The position numbers and the translations under genes are program-made. DNA of 63,325 nucleotides, counting the filler, from Perkinsus chesapeaki ATCC PRA-425 (lineage: Eukaryota > Protista > Perkinsozoa): the NCBI GenBank assembly GCA_013115145.1. It is 4 parts of 4 records of this genome, joined end to end, with 100 filler letters (N's around TTAATTAATTAA, not from the genome) between each part and the next. Parts side by side here need not be neighbours in the genome. Positions count along the whole stretch, not along the records: positions 47,211 to 63,325 come from JAAPAO010000711.1; 3 more parts are not named here. One strand, written 5' to 3'. The first letter of the stretch is position 1. Each line of letters starts with the position of its first letter. This document shows, piece by piece, positions 60,546 through 63,325 of the stretch. The notes under the pieces were generated by a model. It worked only from the letters and a program-made list of their open reading frames with translations, had not been told where the DNA came from and searched no databases.

Positions 60546-61289
60546 TCAATATACTTTGCACTTGGCCCTCTCTTCCTCTGTAGTAGGCGTTTTCAGGATG
60601 ATAGTCTCAGTCGGCACCAAGTCTGGTACGAGGTTAAGAGTTACATTATCTACCCGACGTAACGAGAAGGCGAATCTACCAAAAGCAAAAGCCAGTTTGA
60701 TCACCTTGTTAACCTCATTATATCCGACAACGTACTGCACTCCTCCGCTCAATACCAACTCGCCTACGCCCCCACTGACGCTGAAGGTAGCATGATCGCT
60801 ACAGTACAGCTGATCGGTATGGGGTAGGTCCGAGAAACCAAGTGATTCGCTGCCGGAGCCCGGACACACAAAATGAGAGAAGTGCGCGAGCATAACACTG
60901 GTACGATCATGGAGTTCTATCGCATCTTCTTGTTTGTTATACTTGAGACTGTAGTCCAGCAGTATGTAGGGAAAGCTGTTGGAGTCATTCAACTTAACCA
61001 AAGGTGAACTGCCAGTGATTTTCAAGAAGTCGTCCTCCATGAGCTGATATTTGGCATCAAGAAGTAGTATGCCTTGATGCATAAACTTGTAGACATCAAT
61101 CCATGAAATAGAGATGTTTCCCGAAGGTGCACCAGGCTCATAAGGCTGAAAGCTTACGGTGCTTGAAGGAGATGGCAGGATCGCATCCATGCAATATATA
61201 CTGCTTGGCACCCTACTAGATACCGGCGCCCCTTCAACTAATGGTAGGAGCAGCATAAGGCAGGATATCATAGTCATCAGTAAAGGCAT
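60546..61289 (-). CDS. Lineage-specific secreted protein, family member B2
   Basis: Intronless 247 aa from MPLLMTMISCLMLLLPLVEG; near-identical to B1 over long stretches. Confidence 0.8.
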   Translation of the reverse strand: MPLLMTMISCLMLLLPLVEGAPVSSRVPSSIYCMDAILPSPSSTVSFQPYEPGAPSGNISISWIDVYKFMHQGILLLDAKYQLMEDDFLKITGSSPLVKLNDSNSFPYILLDYSLKYNKQEDAIELHDRTSVMLAHFSHFVCPGSGSESLGFSDLPHTDQLYCSDHATFSVSGGVGELVLSGGVQYVVGYNEVNKVIKLAFAFGRFAFSLRRVDNVTLNLVPDLVPTETIILKTPTTEEERAKCKVY

Positions 61290-61970
61290 GAAGCAATGGG
61301 AATTTATACCAAAAGCAGCCTTCGAGTGAACGTGTGCGCCACATGGGCATGCGTGCATTGGTAAAGAGTCCATCCCCGGTCATCCATACTTGATACAGAC
61401 TCTTCAAAGCTCTACCTGAATGTTCGGTAGCCGAGCCTGCATACGAAACCGTTTCCATCGCAGCCGTGGGACATTCTTTGGGAATTTCGTGGCCCAAGAG
61501 GCGGATCGAGGTGTGACACCCTTAAGTCGTACGCGACATGGCCCACGAGGCTACGTCACCGTTTTCTGTCGGGAACTATCTGTGGGGATGATACCTCGCT
61601 CCAGGCAAGATACTCCAGTTAGTGTACTAGCCGTTCTGAGCTAGGCTAATAGCTGATATTTCTAAATGAAGGAAGATGTTATAGCAATAGCTTGATTCAG
61701 AAAACTACGAACCATTAACAGTGGCGAGAGTGAGCTAGTCCGTAGGTTTCTGGCCGTAGCTTTTGAAATGCGGCACTGAATGAACCACATATTAGTTGAT
61801 GCCGATACTTTTACTCGTATACTAGCTTGTATTGTTCGAAATATCTATAGACTAACCAACAGGCCAGAGTTTGAACTTAAGAAGTCTGCAACCAAGTTCA
61901 CCGTTGGCACTTGGGGAATCCTCACTGTAGAGGTATAGCGCTAAGTTCTTCAGCTACATTCTTGACAACC

Positions 61971-62279
61971 TCACGCGGATCTATAGGGAATAAATATCTG
62001 TAGCCCTTCGCCATCTGTCCAAGGCGATGGACATATCACGCACTGATCCTCCATGCTTTGAGTTCTATTCCTGGATTTCACTCCAGTAGTTGCGCTTCGC
62101 GAAGGTGTACCAGGCCTGTGAGGCTGAGAGTGTACGGCATGCATGCATCGTTCCTTGCTGAGAACCTTTCTGACTACCGACCCTTCCCCAACTTTAGCAC
62201 CCAGCCTGCGTAGCCTAATTTCAGAACTTGAAGCTAATATGGTAGTAGTGTAAGGTAGGCTAGCCTTTACCAAAGACAT
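61971..62279 (-). pseudogene. Degenerate third copy of the B family
   Basis: SQPHRPGTPS...SMEDQ...IFIPY aligns with B1 FQPHEPGTPS...LMEDD...SFPY, with an internal deletion and an early stop. Confidence 0.6.
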
Positions 62280-63325
62280 ACACCAATGATGAGATGTTCC
62301 GGGTGGAGTACTCTAACTGTGATTGCGTAGGTGAGGCCAAGCCGCTCGTTAGCTAGCCTGTATTGATTGCCAACCGAAGGACGATATTCTACAAATGTTG
62401 TTTGTCTGAACACTCAATTTGGTAGCTGCATGTTCGTCATGTCATAATGTGCTATCCGTATAAAATATGCAATGCTTCACGCAGGGTCGATAGTATATGA
62501 TAGAATATAGGCGATATTCTACCACCCATTAGGAGCTTCATACGGCAGTAGCTAAAGTGCCAGCCTGGCTCCTAGCTACTTGCGAGCTGCGTAGCTACTG
62601 CGAGGCTCGCAGTATCTTAAGCATGATAAAGATATGTGTACACGTGCAAACAGTATCAGTATCAGTCTCGCTGTCGGTCATTATAGCCCTCGCAAATTGT
62701 GAGGGCCATAATGACCGACACAATTTCATTGTGAGTCACAATGAAATTAGTTGCCCGTACATAGCGGTGAGACTCCTTAATCTGTTGCAGTGGTAGTATT
62801 ATGGCATCAGTATCGTCACCCAACTTAACTGAGGCTTGTTGATTATTCCCATTTGCGCATGCGTGCAGGGAAAGTACTGCAAGATTACAAGCTTATGCCA
62901 GATATACCACTGCCGGCTCGCTCAACTGATTTGTAATTAATTCTTCGCCCTTCCAATGCAAGTATGACAAATGTGCACATAACAATGGCAGTGTCACATC
63001 CGAAATGTCAATATGTATACATCTTTTGAAAGTGACAATGTCTTTGACACATTGATAATGAGCTTGCGAAGAGCGCAATTAGACTTGTGAAGAAGTGCTT
63101 TATGAAACTCATCTGGGAATTGTTAAAGTCATTTATTAACTTAACGTCAACTGCACCGGATCGATCTGCCAGATCGGAAGACATTGAAATGACTCGATCA
63201 CTTCACAAAATTTAGTGAAAGTGTCTCAGCAAGTCGGAGACCGACATTACGGCGTAAGCGCTTCTTTCGACACATCGCCTTCTAAGTCGAAAACTGTCCT
63301 GCCGACACGTGTCGTAACAAGCTCC

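Overview
Eukaryotic, intron-rich (mostly GT-AG, 42-600 nt) genomic scaffold. By inference it is an alveolate of the Perkinsus type, based on intron style, a spliced-leader-like relic and the TTAATTAATTAA-linked N gaps. Left to right it holds: two tandem divergent P5B-type ATPases (- strand); a long + strand block (Elongin C, a SOCS/BC-box-like protein, an LRR protein, an AMSH-type JAMM deubiquitinase, several hypotheticals, an F-box-like Kelch protein, and two tandem METTL21-family lysine methyltransferases); two paralogous secreted Cys-rich genes; a near-intact non-LTR retrotransposon between two assembly gaps; a defensin-like small ORF; and a duplicated two-gene secreted-protein cassette flanking an EF-hand/RCC1 gene. 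Most interesting observations: (1) a METTL21-like methyltransferase fused to an isolated Hsp70 substrate-binding-domain-like module; (2) a spliced-leader relic just upstream of LINE ORF1; (3) an oriented GCATGC-core motif about 60-100 nt upstream of several start codons; (4) a SOCS-box-like gene directly behind Elongin C; (5) repeated long palindromes with a 1-nt centre; (6) abrupt AT3 codon patches inside ATPase exons. Gene models were spliced by eye and family calls rest on recalled motifs; no database searches were run.
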